Notes: a model not told the origin generated them from the sequence alone. DNA of 63,745 bases, filler included, from an uncultured Planctomycetaceae bacterium (GCA_963976765.1; 4 parts of 3 records of this genome joined end to end with filler, not necessarily neighbours in it), one strand, 5' to 3'. Counted from the whole stretch's first letter, positions 33,210-43,774 are shown. Translations and numbers: made by a program.

Positions 33210-33291
33210 GCCACGGATCGGCACAGATTTTACACGGCTAAGGATGACGAAATCAGAAATCGATCCGTGTTTATCAGCGTGAATCCGTAGC
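33210..33291. repeat. Intergenic inverted repeat built of CACGGAT/ATCCGTG units
   Basis: GCCACGGAT-CGGCACAGAT-TTTACACGG ... ATCCGTGT-TTATCAGCGT-GAATCCGTAGC. Confidence 0.55.
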
Positions 33292-33327
33292 CCGATTTCC
33301 AGCCCTGAGACGGCCGGGCTTCGGCTG

Positions 33328-34737
33328 TCAGAACAGTTCCGTGATGGCCTGTCCGCTGGGCAGCAGGTTGAACGGGCGGCCTTCCCGGTCGGTGGCTTCG
33401 AGATCGTGGATGCCCATCGCGTGGTAGACGGTTTTTGTGACGTCTGCGGGCGTGACGGGGTTGTCGGCGGGATACTCGCCGAAGCGGTCGCTGGCCCCGT
33501 AGGTCTGTCCGCCTTTGATTCCGCCTCCAGCCATCACGTCGGTCAGGCAGTGAGTCCAATGGTCGCGGCCAGCTCCGTTGACACCACCGGAACGCGGGTC
33601 GCCGATCTTTGGCTTGCGGCCCATTTCGCTGGTAACCAGCAGCAGCGTTTCGTCGAGCATCTTTCGATCCGAGAGGTCCTCAATCAGCGCCGAGAAGCAC
33701 TGATCGAACTCAGGCAACAAGTCGTCCTTCAGGCAGGCGAAGTTGCTGCCGTGTGTGTCCCAGCTTCCGGCGCTGCGACACTTCTTTGCAAGCGGTGTCC
33801 CGATCCCGTGCCCGAGCCAGAAGACGGTTACAAAGGGAACTCCGACTTCGACCAGCCGGCGAGCCATCAGAAGACTCATCGCGTTGACCGATTCGCCGTA
33901 TCTTTTCCTGACGGCTTCGGGTTCGTTGGAGATGTCAAAAGCCGTCGCCGTTGATGATGAAGCCAGCAGCGCCATCGCACGTTCGGTTTGAGTATTCCAG
34001 GTTCTGGTAGCAGCAAATGTTTCAAAGTCCCGGCGAGCGTCGTCGAGTGCCGTGAGCAGATGCCCTCGCGTTTTCAGCCGCCCCGTATCGATGCCCGCCT
34101 GAAGTTCCAGCGACGGCGCGGTGAACTTTGTCGGCTGCTCGCGATCGCCCAGCAGGTACATCGGATCGTACTGCACTCCCAGTTTCGCTCCGAACTGGCC
34201 AGGTCGTGTGTAAGGTTTGCGGCTGGGCATGTGAGGCAGCGAGATCGCGTTAGGCAGAAACTCGTGCTGCGGTCGGCGCGAAGCCACGACCGATCCCATG
34301 TAAGGCCAGTCGTCCGGAAACGGCGTGCGGTTGTTGCCCAGCGTTCGAAAGCTGAGATCAGCTTCGTGGCCAGTCAGGTTGTAGTAGTAGCCGGCGTGGT
34401 GATCGTTGGTGTTGACGCTGGAGCCGACCGAATTTACCAGGGCCAGGTGGTGAGCCTGCTTCGCGAGCATCGGCAGGTGTTCGCACAGAGTAATCCCGGG
34501 GGCGGACGTGGCGATCGGCTGAAACGGTCCACGATACTCCAGCGGAGCCTTCAATTTCATATCCCATGTGTCAACGTGCGATGCTCCGCCGCAGAGAAAG
34601 AACAGGATCGTCGACTTCGCTTTGCCGGTTGGTGGCAAGTCCGTCGAGCCTTCACCTCGCGCGGCTTCCGCCCCGGACAACCCTGCGATTCCGGTGGCGG
34701 ACGCAGCAAGAAATGTACGTCGATTTGTGCGAGACAT
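33328..34737 (-). CDS. DUF1501 domain protein (Tat-exported)
   Basis: NRRTFL twin-arginine motif; GGASHVDTWD, ARRLVEVGVPFV, WDTH, SEMGRKP, GRDHW. Confidence 0.92.
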   Translation of the reverse strand: MSRTNRRTFLAASATGIAGLSGAEAARGEGSTDLPPTGKAKSTILFFLCGGASHVDTWDMKLKAPLEYRGPFQPIATSAPGITLCEHLPMLAKQAHHLALVNSVGSSVNTNDHHAGYYYNLTGHEADLSFRTLGNNRTPFPDDWPYMGSVVASRRPQHEFLPNAISLPHMPSRKPYTRPGQFGAKLGVQYDPMYLLGDREQPTKFTAPSLELQAGIDTGRLKTRGHLLTALDDARRDFETFAATRTWNTQTERAMALLASSSTATAFDISNEPEAVRKRYGESVNAMSLLMARRLVEVGVPFVTVFWLGHGIGTPLAKKCRSAGSWDTHGSNFACLKDDLLPEFDQCFSALIEDLSDRKMLDETLLLVTSEMGRKPKIGDPRSGGVNGAGRDHWTHCLTDVMAGGGIKGGQTYGASDRFGEYPADNPVTPADVTKTVYHAMGIHDLEATDREGRPFNLLPSGQAITELF

Positions 34738-35075
34738 CTTCAACTTCCGAATGATGAGCGACGATTAATTCGTGTGCAGACTGCAGACGCCGATCCATTC
34801 TCAGTTTCTGAGTGATTGACGCAAGACCAGGCCAAATTGTTGACGCCTCAATGGTCAACCAGCGACACGACCGCGGCAAGCGAAGAGAGCGATTTTCGGT
34901 ATCTCGAATCCGGTCGAGACGGACCAGCAACCCCCAGAGGTGAACAGGCAGGCTTACCCGATTGGTGCCCTGCGGCTTTCAGTTCTGTCCGGAAACCCGA
35001 CTGTCCCGGACGATTTCAGTTTAATGGCACAGTGTTTGCCTTGCGTCGGAACGTCACCCATTTCGAAAGGATTCG

Positions 35076-36281
35076 ATGATGCCATTTGCTGTTGGGGAGC
35101 CTGTACCATGGTTTTATGGACCGACTCAAGCCAATCCGAGGTTCCGATTCGACTCCGTAGCTGGACGTTACGTCGTGTTGAGTCTGTTTGGTTCTGCAGG
35201 TCGAGCCGACGCACGAGTCATGCTTGAGGGGCTCGCGAAAGCAAGAAATCGTTTTGACGATGCTCAGGCTCTGTTCTTTGGAGTGACCGTCGATCCAGAC
35301 GATATCCGGCTGGAGCGGGTTGTTGATCAGGTGCCGGGGATCCGTTTCTTCCAGGACTTCGATCAGACGATCAGCCGCCTGTTTGGAGCAATCCCGGGTG
35401 AACCGGGGACAAAGTTGAGCGGTGCATTTGCGGGAGACTCAGTGCCGATGGCACGGGCCCAGGCGCCAGACTCGGCCGCGGTCGCGGCAGCGCTGCTGGA
35501 GTATCAGCCGTTCTCGCTGATTCTTGATGAGCGGCTGCGCGTGCTGGCTTATTGTCAGTTGGACGAGCCGGCTTTGCACATCGAACGCATCCTGAATTTT
35601 CTTGACCGGCAGCCAGCGAGACCTGCTCCTGTTCGGGCGAGCGTGCAGGCGCCCGTGCTGGTGGTTCCCCGTGTGTTTGAGCCTGATTTCTGTCGACGGC
35701 TGATCGAGATGTACGAGCGGAATGGCGGCGAAGATTCGGGATTCATGCGTGATGAAGGCGGCAAGACGGTCGGTGTGATCGACTACAGTCACAAGCGTCG
35801 CAGTGACTACACAATCGAAGATGCAACCGTCCGCTCACAGTGCATGTACCGCATTCACGATCGGCTGATCCCCGAGATTTTCAAGGCCTATCAGTTCCGG
35901 GCGACTCGCATGGAACGTTACATCGTGGCCTGCTACGAAAGCACGACCGGTGGCCACTTCAGGGCTCACCGCGACAACACCACGAAGGGGACAGCGCATC
36001 GACGGTTTGCCGTTTCTTTGAACTTGAACTCCGAGGAGTTTCAGGGCGGTGATCTGCGGTTTCCGGAGTTCGGACAGCAGCTTTACAAGCCACCAACAGG
36101 CGGTGCTGTCGTGTTTTCGTGTTCGCTGCTGCACGAGGCGACGCCGGTGACCAGCGGTAGCCGGTATGTCTTTCTGCCGTTTATTTATGACGATGCCGCC
36201 GCGCAGATCCGGGAAGAGAATGCTCGATTCCTTGCGGGTTCTGTCAGCCGTCCTCAGGGGTCCGTGTTGCCGACCATGTAA
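35076..36281 (+). CDS. Thioredoxin-fold (AhpC/TSA-like) domain fused to a 2OG-Fe(II) oxygenase
   Basis: N-terminal AGRYVVL.F...FFGVTVD fold; facial triad HRD...LLHEATPV and distal GSR. Confidence 0.85.
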   Translation: MMPFAVGEPVPWFYGPTQANPRFRFDSVAGRYVVLSLFGSAGRADARVMLEGLAKARNRFDDAQALFFGVTVDPDDIRLERVVDQVPGIRFFQDFDQTISRLFGAIPGEPGTKLSGAFAGDSVPMARAQAPDSAAVAAALLEYQPFSLILDERLRVLAYCQLDEPALHIERILNFLDRQPARPAPVRASVQAPVLVVPRVFEPDFCRRLIEMYERNGGEDSGFMRDEGGKTVGVIDYSHKRRSDYTIEDATVRSQCMYRIHDRLIPEIFKAYQFRATRMERYIVACYESTTGGHFRAHRDNTTKGTAHRRFAVSLNLNSEEFQGGDLRFPEFGQQLYKPPTGGAVVFSCSLLHEATPVTSGSRYVFLPFIYDDAAAQIREENARFLAGSVSRPQGSVLPTM

Positions 36282-36421
36282 CCAGGCTGTTTGCGTGGTT
36301 CGCCGCACGGTCGTGCTGCTGAGCATGCAACTTCAAGGAATGTGTGTCAGGATGACGGCTCTACTTCGGAGCAAACAGTCTCGACGCCGAAGTTCAGAAA
36401 CCGGGCAGGAGAGCGTGGCGC

Positions 36422-37933
36422 GTGGCCAGAAGTTGTACAGACACCATTCATCCACATCGGCGTCCGCGTCTTTTGTGGCGAATCGTGCTTCCGTTTGCGG
36501 TGGGAGGGCTACTTCTGCTGACCGTGGGAGCGGTCGCTGCGTGGTACGTTGTTCGCCTGCAGGAGTCGGCCTCGGACATTCTCGCCTGGAATGTATCGAG
36601 TATTCGCGCTGCGGAAGAACTGGAACTCATCATTCGAGAAACCCGCTATCGCCTCAATCAGTACCTGCTGACCGGCGACTCCGCTCACCTGAAGGAAGCC
36701 GTCGGTCTGAGGGAATCGACTGAACAGTGGATCGACGAAGCGCACCGACTGTCCTCAATGCCCGAAGAAGTGGAACTGATCGAGCAGGTACGGAGCGGCT
36801 ATCAGCGTTTTCTGCGCGAAGGTGAACGACTTGCAGAAGGGAACGTGGATGCCGTTATCGTGCAGCGTCTGGCTCGAGAAATTCTGCCTAATGAAGTCCT
36901 TCGTCCGGCGCGGCTGTATCTTGACCTCAACGAACAGCACCTCGCTCGCAGCAGTGAGGAGAATCAGGCCATGGCCGAACGGCTGGGGATTGGACTGCTG
37001 CTGCTGGGTTTGTGCGGAGCTGTGGCGGGGCTTGTTTCCGGTTACGGACTGGCTCGAGGGATCAGTCGGTCGATCCTGCAGCTCAGCGTGCCGATGCGCG
37101 ACGTGGCCGGGCAACTGGGTGACGTCCTCGGCCCGGTCACGCTTTCGGCGGATCCGCAGATGGAGGATCTGGAAGGACTGCTGCAGATTGTTTCCGAGCG
37201 GGTCGCGACGGTGCTCACTCAGCTTCAGGAGACTCAGCGGACAGCGATTCGTGCCGAGCAGCTTGCGTCGCTGGGGCAGTTCGCAGCCGGACTGGCTCAT
37301 GAACTGCGCAACCCGCTGATGTCGATGAAAATTCTCGTGCAGACCGCGATTGAAGGCGGAGCGGAGGGGTCGCTGTCCGGTCGTGACCTGTCGATCGTCG
37401 ACGAGGAGATCACGCGTCTCGAACAGCTCGTGCAGGGATTCCTGGATTTCGCCCGACCACCGGAAGCAGTACGACATTCGATCAATCTGGCAGACGTCGT
37501 GACGTCGACCGTGAACCTGGTCGCTCCGCAGGCAGGGCGACACGGCGTTTCGGTCACCTGCGATGTGTCAGATGATTTGCCGCAGGTGGATGCTGATTCC
37601 GGGCAGCTCAGGCAGGTCGTTCTTAATCTTCTACTGAACGCCATAGAGGCAACTCCGTCAGGAGGCAGCGTTATGATCCATGCCGAGCGTCACGACGAAT
37701 TCGGAGTGCTCCGAGTCACCGACACCGGCGATGGCCTGCCCGAGGAACTGGGCGATGCGATCTTCGAGCCGTTCGTCAGCTCGCGGGAAACCGGGATCGG
37801 ACTCGGGCTGTCGATCTGTCGCCGAATCGTTGAAACTCACCAGGGAACGATCACGGCTCAGAATTGCCCTGCAGGAGGGGCAGCGTTCACTGTCAGGATC
37901 CCGCTCTCCGATGCCGCTATTGTGGCACTCTGA
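36422..37933 (+). CDS. Membrane sensor histidine kinase
   Basis: Two TM helices; H-box AHELRNPL; N-box NLLLNA; DTGDG and GIGLGL G-boxes. Confidence 0.93.
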   Translation: MARSCTDTIHPHRRPRLLWRIVLPFAVGGLLLLTVGAVAAWYVVRLQESASDILAWNVSSIRAAEELELIIRETRYRLNQYLLTGDSAHLKEAVGLRESTEQWIDEAHRLSSMPEEVELIEQVRSGYQRFLREGERLAEGNVDAVIVQRLAREILPNEVLRPARLYLDLNEQHLARSSEENQAMAERLGIGLLLLGLCGAVAGLVSGYGLARGISRSILQLSVPMRDVAGQLGDVLGPVTLSADPQMEDLEGLLQIVSERVATVLTQLQETQRTAIRAEQLASLGQFAAGLAHELRNPLMSMKILVQTAIEGGAEGSLSGRDLSIVDEEITRLEQLVQGFLDFARPPEAVRHSINLADVVTSTVNLVAPQAGRHGVSVTCDVSDDLPQVDADSGQLRQVVLNLLLNAIEATPSGGSVMIHAERHDEFGVLRVTDTGDGLPEELGDAIFEPFVSSRETGIGLGLSICRRIVETHQGTITAQNCPAGGAAFTVRIPLSDAAIVAL

Positions 37934-37947
37934 TTTAGAATAGTCCT

Positions 37948-39432
37948 ATGCAGACACTGCTGATCGTCGATGACGAGCCGAACGTTCGTTACTCCCTGGA
38001 GAAGGGATTGGGCGGCGCCTCGCTGAAAGTGATCACCGCCGGGACTGCTCGGGAGGGGGTTGAGCGAGCCCGGACCGAAAAGCCTGACGCGATCATTCTG
38101 GATGTACGCCTGCCGGACATGACGGGCCTTCAGGCGTTTCAACAGATCCGGGAGTTCGCCCCGAAGACGCCGACGGTTATTATCACCGCGTTTGCCAGTA
38201 CTGAAACCGCCATCAATGCGATGCAGCTTGGGGCGTTCGAGTACCTGCTGAAGCCGGTCAATCTGGCTCAGCTGCGCGACGTCGTCCGCCGAGCCCTGGA
38301 ACTCAGTCGACTCTGCTCGGTGCCGGCTGTTTTCGATCAGCCAACCGACCAGGAAGACGAGTGTCCGGAAGACGGCTCGGTTGATCGAATCGTCGGTACG
38401 TCGCCCGTCATGCAGGATGTCTACAAGATGATCGGACGCGTCGCCGGTCAGAACGTGCCCGTGTTGATTCTGGGAGAGAGCGGCACCGGCAAAGAGCTGG
38501 TCGCTCGAGCGATCTATCAGCACAGTCAGCGCAGCGAGCGGCCGTTTCTGGCGATCAATTGTGCGGCTCTGCCGGAAACGTTGCTGGAGAGCGAACTGTT
38601 CGGCCACGAGCGAGGCGCCTTCACCGGGGCAGAACGGCGACGGATCGGCAAGTTCGAGCAGTGTCATGGCGGGACGCTGTTTCTCGACGAAATCGGCGAC
38701 ATGACCCCAGCGACTCAGGCTCGCGTGCTGCGAGTTCTCCAGGACGGCCGCTTTGAACGCGTCGGTGGCAACGACACAGTCAGCACCGACGTTCGCATCA
38801 TCGCCGCCACGAACCGCGACCTCGACGCAATGATTGCTGATGGTCGTTTCCGCATGGACCTGCTGTATCGGCTGAACACGTTTACGGTCCGTCTGCCTGC
38901 ACTGCGCGATCGAGCGTCCGACATTCCGGCCCTGGTGCAATGGTTTGTTCGAGTAACGTGTCGCGAGCTGAACTGTTCGCGTCCCACAATTCCCGCTGAA
39001 ACGCTCGACGTGATGCAGTCCTGTCGCTGGCCTGGCAATATTCGTGAACTGCAGAGCGCTGTGCGTTACTCGCTGGTTCAGGCTGTCAACGACATCCTGA
39101 CGCCCGACTGCCTGCCGCCGTCAGTACGCGGAGTTCCGGCATTGGCTGGCACTGCAGTCGGGGACGCCATCGGAGCGACCAGCGCGTTGAATCCTCGCAA
39201 CTCTCCTGTTTTGAACGATGTTAAGTCACTGGTGCGACGTCTTCTGGATGAGCATGAACCGGATATCTACCGTCGCGTCTTGAGCGACGTCGAACGTGTG
39301 ATGCTCGGCGAAGTCCTGTCACACGCTGAAGGCAACCAGGTTCAAGCCAGCGAACTGCTTGGCATTTCGAGAACGACGCTCCGTCACAAACTCGAACAGC
39401 AGACCCCTGACGAGACTGAATCCGGTCATTGA
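37948..39432 (+). CDS. NtrC-family sigma54-dependent response regulator
   Basis: Receiver domain (VDDE, LDVRLPD), GESGTGKE, GAFTGA, LFLDEIGD, WPGNIREL, Fis-type HTH. Confidence 0.95.
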   Translation: MQTLLIVDDEPNVRYSLEKGLGGASLKVITAGTAREGVERARTEKPDAIILDVRLPDMTGLQAFQQIREFAPKTPTVIITAFASTETAINAMQLGAFEYLLKPVNLAQLRDVVRRALELSRLCSVPAVFDQPTDQEDECPEDGSVDRIVGTSPVMQDVYKMIGRVAGQNVPVLILGESGTGKELVARAIYQHSQRSERPFLAINCAALPETLLESELFGHERGAFTGAERRRIGKFEQCHGGTLFLDEIGDMTPATQARVLRVLQDGRFERVGGNDTVSTDVRIIAATNRDLDAMIADGRFRMDLLYRLNTFTVRLPALRDRASDIPALVQWFVRVTCRELNCSRPTIPAETLDVMQSCRWPGNIRELQSAVRYSLVQAVNDILTPDCLPPSVRGVPALAGTAVGDAIGATSALNPRNSPVLNDVKSLVRRLLDEHEPDIYRRVLSDVERVMLGEVLSHAEGNQVQASELLGISRTTLRHKLEQQTPDETESGH

Positions 39433-39610
39433 CCACAAACTGCACGGCTGCGTGTGCAGTCTCTGTTCAAACCTCGCGGGCGCGGAAGCCGTCGAAGTCT
39501 GTTGCACAGCATGACAACGGCTGTGGCGAACGCGGCTTAGGTTGCGAATCTAATCCTGTCGCAATCTCTTCGTCCCGCGAGTCCGTATTTCTCGATCCTG
39601 AAATTCGAAC

Positions 39611-39625
39611 TGGCATGGGCTTTGC
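39611..39625 (+). promoter_or_regulatory. sigma54 (-24/-12) promoter
   Basis: TGGCATGGGCTTTGC = GG-N10-GC with consensus flanks, 180 nt downstream of the sigma54 activator gene. Confidence 0.75.
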
Positions 39626-39721
39626 GATATAACCGGGTCAATGGAGGCCAGAACGTGGAAGTCAGGCCGTGAGTAACCGGTGGTTCCATATGACTCGCTC
39701 TCCTTTGCCAGGAGTTTCACC

Positions 39722-39964
39722 ATGTTCTCGAAGTTCAATGCGACTCCCGGATTATCAGGCATCCCAACAACACAACATGGCTGGATATATCGATTGACTC
39801 ATCCGCAGCCGCGTCCGCGACGAAGCTATCGTCGAACGGTTCTGGACGGACGCTTCGACACGTCAGGCATCCCCGATTTTGAAAGTGCCAATAAAGCCAT
39901 GCTGGTGATCGGCGCGGTCACATTTGCGATCGTAGCCGTGCTCTGGTGGATGCTGCTCTCCTGA
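39722..39964 (+). CDS. Small protein with a C-terminal TM helix
   Basis: AGGAG RBS then ATG; 80 aa ending AMLVIGAVTFAIVAVLWWMLLS. Confidence 0.65.
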   Translation: MFSKFNATPGLSGIPTTQHGWIYRLTHPQPRPRRSYRRTVLDGRFDTSGIPDFESANKAMLVIGAVTFAIVAVLWWMLLS

Positions 39965-40052
39965 CTCTGTTCTCACTGCGGTGGCGAACGTTGAGGCTTA
40001 GTTTGTTAGTCGTCAGGACGTAAAACGTCGTTTTTCAGCGAGAATAAATTTT

Positions 40053-40457
40053 ATGATACACACAGAAGAAATTGATGGGTTCTTTGCTCTGTTCGAAGAC
40101 CACGATGTGGAGTTTCCCGGAATCAATGACCACCACGATGTTCCGGTGCTGGTCTACCGCTGGTGCCGCAACAAGGCCATTGCGGATTGCTCGGTCGATT
40201 TGCTGATTGAGGTCGGCGTGAAGAGCATGAAGGCACTTGGACTGAAGCGGGTCGTGACACATGGGCATCACCTGAGAGGCGACACCGACACCGGACAGCG
40301 AGTGAAGATGACAGTCATCAGAATCGGGCACCACAGTATGTATCTACTGATGACAGCGGGCCTGCCAGGGACGCGTTCGGAAGCGAAAGCAGTCAATACG
40401 CGACTGGCTCAGTCGATCGATCGACAAGCTGCCAATCTGGAAACGGCGTTTCTTTAG
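40053..40457 (+). CDS. Hypothetical protein
   Basis: 134-aa ORF with globular composition, co-oriented with its neighbours. Confidence 0.55.
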   Translation: MIHTEEIDGFFALFEDHDVEFPGINDHHDVPVLVYRWCRNKAIADCSVDLLIEVGVKSMKALGLKRVVTHGHHLRGDTDTGQRVKMTVIRIGHHSMYLLMTAGLPGTRSEAKAVNTRLAQSIDRQAANLETAFL

Positions 40458-40542
40458 TACTCGATTGATCAGTAGCAGGTATCAAACTGTCGGACGGAAC
40501 CCGACAGTTGTGTTAATGGACTATATTTTGAAGGGAATCGCG

Positions 40543-40770
40543 ATGCTGGTACTGACGAGAAAACAAGGGGAAGAAATTGTTATTGGAAACGGGGATGTCC
40601 ACATGACAATTCTCGCAACGCGGCGAGGCAGTGTGCGGATCGGAATTACTGCTCCAGAGTCGGTGGCTGTCTTTCGCAGGGAACTTCTCAACAGTGAGGA
40701 ACCGCCATTCATTTTCAACGTTGCCAGTGTCGCTCCGGGATTGGCCGATTGCCTTACTTCGAGTGAGTAA
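40543..40770 (+). CDS. csrA: Carbon storage regulator CsrA/RsmA family
   Basis: MLVLTRKQGEEIVIG...VRIGITAP.SV.V.R.EL. Confidence 0.9.
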   Translation: MLVLTRKQGEEIVIGNGDVHMTILATRRGSVRIGITAPESVAVFRRELLNSEEPPFIFNVASVAPGLADCLTSSE

Positions 40771-41342
40771 AGGCAGTCCTTACTTCTGAAGAAGTGACGC
40801 TTTGTGGACCACGTTACCTGTCGTGAAATCTCGCGACTTAACGGTCGGTTGTTCTTTTGGGCCTTTTTATGGTCTGGAAGAAAGTGCGTAACCACAACGG
40901 AGGTGACTCGTGAGGTTACCAGCTTGTCCTGCCGCGATGTTGCAGGGAATTGTGTTCCCTCAAGTATTCGGAGCGGTCATGAGAAGGCCGTCCCACTTCG
41001 TACATGAGGACTTCGGGACGAGTGATTCCATTATTTTCGCAGCAGACAATTACCAGGCCGATGAGTCATTTGACATGCCTGACTCACCGGTCATCACGTC
41101 TCATTCCACTGAGATTGTCGACAGGTCTTACAGATCGGAGGTGGACTTTCCACTTCCGAGTAGCTCGGAAACTGGCTCAGAACCGCTCGTGACTGAGCTG
41201 ATTCGAAGCATTGCGAACCAGCTTAAACCCGGCGTGTGATTGGTTTGCGCTATGGATGAGCAGACGGACGATCCTGAGCTGTCCACAAGGTTGGAATGTC
41301 GTTGACTCAAGAATGCCTGACGCTGCAAACGTCACTTACAGG

Positions 41343-43547
41343 TCAGTCAGGGCGACGAATCTTCATGCCGAGGTTCTTCACAAGGAATGACCATTCGTCG
41401 GTGTATTCCTCGATGATCTTCGTCGTTGGTTTTCCGGCGCCGTGACCGGCTTTGGTTTCGATCCGGATCAGAACGGGATTGCTGCCCGCCTGGGACTTCT
41501 GAAGTTGGGCGGCGAACTTGAAGCTGTGTCCAGGCACGACGCGGTCGTCCGTGTCGGCTGTGGTGACGAGCGTCGGTGGGTAGCTGACTCCGTCTTTGAT
41601 GTTGTGATAAGGCGAGTACGCCAACAGGGCTTTGAACTCGTCTTCGTTGTCCGACGAACCGTAATCGTCGACCCAGAACCGGCCGGCGGTGAACTTGTGA
41701 AACCGCAGCATGTCCATCACGCCGACGGCTGGCAGACATGCTCCGAACAGGTCGGGCCTCTGAGTCAGACACGCTCCGACCAGCAGTCCGCCGTTGCTGC
41801 CGCCCTGGATCGCCAGCTTCTTCTTCGACGTGTAGCCCTTGTCGATCAGCCATTCACCAGCGGCGATGAAATCGTCGAAAACGTTCTGTTTCTGAAGCTT
41901 CGTGCCGGCCTTGTGCCATTTTGCTCCATACTCGCCGCCGCCTCGCAGGTTGGCGACCGCGAAGACGCCTCCAAGTTCCATCCAGCCCAGCCGAGTGATC
42001 GAAAATCGCGGCGGCAGTGGAATGTTGAAACCGCCGTAGCCATACAGCAGAGTCGGGTTTGTTCCGTCGAGCTCGATACCTTTTCGATGGACAATAAACA
42101 TCGGCACCTTTGTGCCGTCTTTGCTTTGGTAGAAGACCTGCTTCGTCTCGTAGTCGTCCGGGTTGAACTTCACGTTGGCCTGGCGGAACGGTTCGCTCTT
42201 TCCCGTGATGATGTCGTACCGGTAAATGCTCGGCGGAGTCGCAAAGCTGTCGAATGTGTAAAACGTTTCGGTGTCGCTGCGTTTGCCGCCGAAGCCGGAC
42301 GCTGAACCGATGCCGGGAAACTCGACTTCACGAATGAACTCGCCACGCATCGAGTGGATGTTGACCTGCGTCTTCGCGTCTTTGAGATAACTCGCGACGA
42401 ACGTGTTTCCGACCAGGCCGACATCTCGCAGTGTTTCTTTCTTTTCCGGAATGATCTCTTTCCAGTTTTCCTTCTCGGGCTGGCGAGTGTCGATGGCGAT
42501 GAGCCTGCGCAGCGGGGCTTCGAGATCCGTCTTAAAAAAGAAGACCGGCCCGTCGTTGCCGACGAAGGTGTACTCGTTGTCAAAGGTTGTGATCAGCTCG
42601 ACCGGCAGGCCGTACGGTTCCTGAAGATCGCGATAAACGATGCGGTACTTATCGTCGGTGCCTTTCCAGACGGTGAGCACCAGGTAACGACCGTCTTCGG
42701 AGACGTCGCAGCCGTAGCCCCAGGATGGCTCGGACGGGTACTCGTAAACCAGCACGTCGCGACTCTGCGGTGAACCCACGCGGTGGTAGTAAACCTTCAT
42801 GTTGAGGTTCAGCGCCTGGAACTCGGCGTCTTCGCTGGGCTCGGGATAGCGAGCGTAGAAGAAGCCGTTGCCGTCTTTGCTCCAGACGGGCGAGTTGAAC
42901 TTGATCCACTCCAGCTCGTCGTCGAGCACTCGGCCGCTGTCGATCTCGCGAATCTTCCACTTCCGCCAGTCGGAGCCCGCTTCCTGAACACCGTACGCAA
43001 CGTACCGACCGTCGGAGCTAAACGCCGTTCCCGACAATGCGACCGTGCCGTCCTCGGACCACGTGTTTGGATCCATGAGAACTCGCGGTTCACTGTCGAG
43101 CGAATCCTGGACGTAGAGCACGTACTGATTCTGCAGACCCGAGTTGTAGTAATAGTAGTAGCGACCGCCGGCTTTGAACGGCGAGTTGAACTTCTCGTAG
43201 TTCCACAGCTTGGTCAGTAGCTTGTTGATGTAAGGCCGCTCCGGGATTGTTTTGAGATACCCGAACGTCACGGCGTTCTGATCAGCGACCCAGTTGGCGA
43301 CGTCTTCCGATTCCCGCACGTCGTCTTCGAGCCAGCGATAAGGATCAGCGACCTTCACTCCGTGATAAACGTCAACCTGTTCCACGCGTTCGCTCTCCGG
43401 ATATTTCATGACGTTCGGGGCCTTGATGGGTGGCTCAGCAGATTCCGCAGCGCGAGGCTCAGCAACAGACGATCCAACCAACACCGCAAGCATCATCAAC
43501 GTGGCAGATAGTCGCACAGTATTCCTCCGTGGGTAGATTGTGTGCAT
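41343..43547 (-). CDS. Prolyl oligopeptidase (S9A), secreted
   Basis: DPYRWLED, YGYGGF, RGGGEYG, GGSNGG, DDRV, GHG; signal peptide. Confidence 0.95.
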   Translation of the reverse strand: MHTIYPRRNTVRLSATLMMLAVLVGSSVAEPRAAESAEPPIKAPNVMKYPESERVEQVDVYHGVKVADPYRWLEDDVRESEDVANWVADQNAVTFGYLKTIPERPYINKLLTKLWNYEKFNSPFKAGGRYYYYYNSGLQNQYVLYVQDSLDSEPRVLMDPNTWSEDGTVALSGTAFSSDGRYVAYGVQEAGSDWRKWKIREIDSGRVLDDELEWIKFNSPVWSKDGNGFFYARYPEPSEDAEFQALNLNMKVYYHRVGSPQSRDVLVYEYPSEPSWGYGCDVSEDGRYLVLTVWKGTDDKYRIVYRDLQEPYGLPVELITTFDNEYTFVGNDGPVFFFKTDLEAPLRRLIAIDTRQPEKENWKEIIPEKKETLRDVGLVGNTFVASYLKDAKTQVNIHSMRGEFIREVEFPGIGSASGFGGKRSDTETFYTFDSFATPPSIYRYDIITGKSEPFRQANVKFNPDDYETKQVFYQSKDGTKVPMFIVHRKGIELDGTNPTLLYGYGGFNIPLPPRFSITRLGWMELGGVFAVANLRGGGEYGAKWHKAGTKLQKQNVFDDFIAAGEWLIDKGYTSKKKLAIQGGSNGGLLVGACLTQRPDLFGACLPAVGVMDMLRFHKFTAGRFWVDDYGSSDNEDEFKALLAYSPYHNIKDGVSYPPTLVTTADTDDRVVPGHSFKFAAQLQKSQAGSNPVLIRIETKAGHGAGKPTTKIIEEYTDEWSFLVKNLGMKIRRPD

Positions 43548-43593
43548 GGTTCGAATCAATTCCTGAATCGACCCTCACATGAATAAATGTCCT

Positions 43594-43620
43594 GTCATTC
43601 CCGCGCAGCCGGGAAACCAG
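43594..43620. repeat. Short palindromic element of the GTCATTCCCGC...GGGAA type
   Basis: GTCATTCCCGCGCAGCCGGGAAACCAG. Confidence 0.45.
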
Positions 43621-43774
43621 CGACGTCCCGCGAGGATAACGCAACCCGATTCCGAACCACCAGAGACCGAGCAACAACCATCTTGCACTTGCGGGTAATT
43701 CAGCCCAGACTGCTGAGTCAAGCACCTGCATACACGACAGGAGTGTCGTTAAGAACTCTGTTAGGGGGCTATCA

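Noticed and set aside
40910..41239. 109-aa ORF downstream of csrA
   Set aside because: No motif, low-complexity Ser/Asp composition and an uncertain start; may be real but is unsupported
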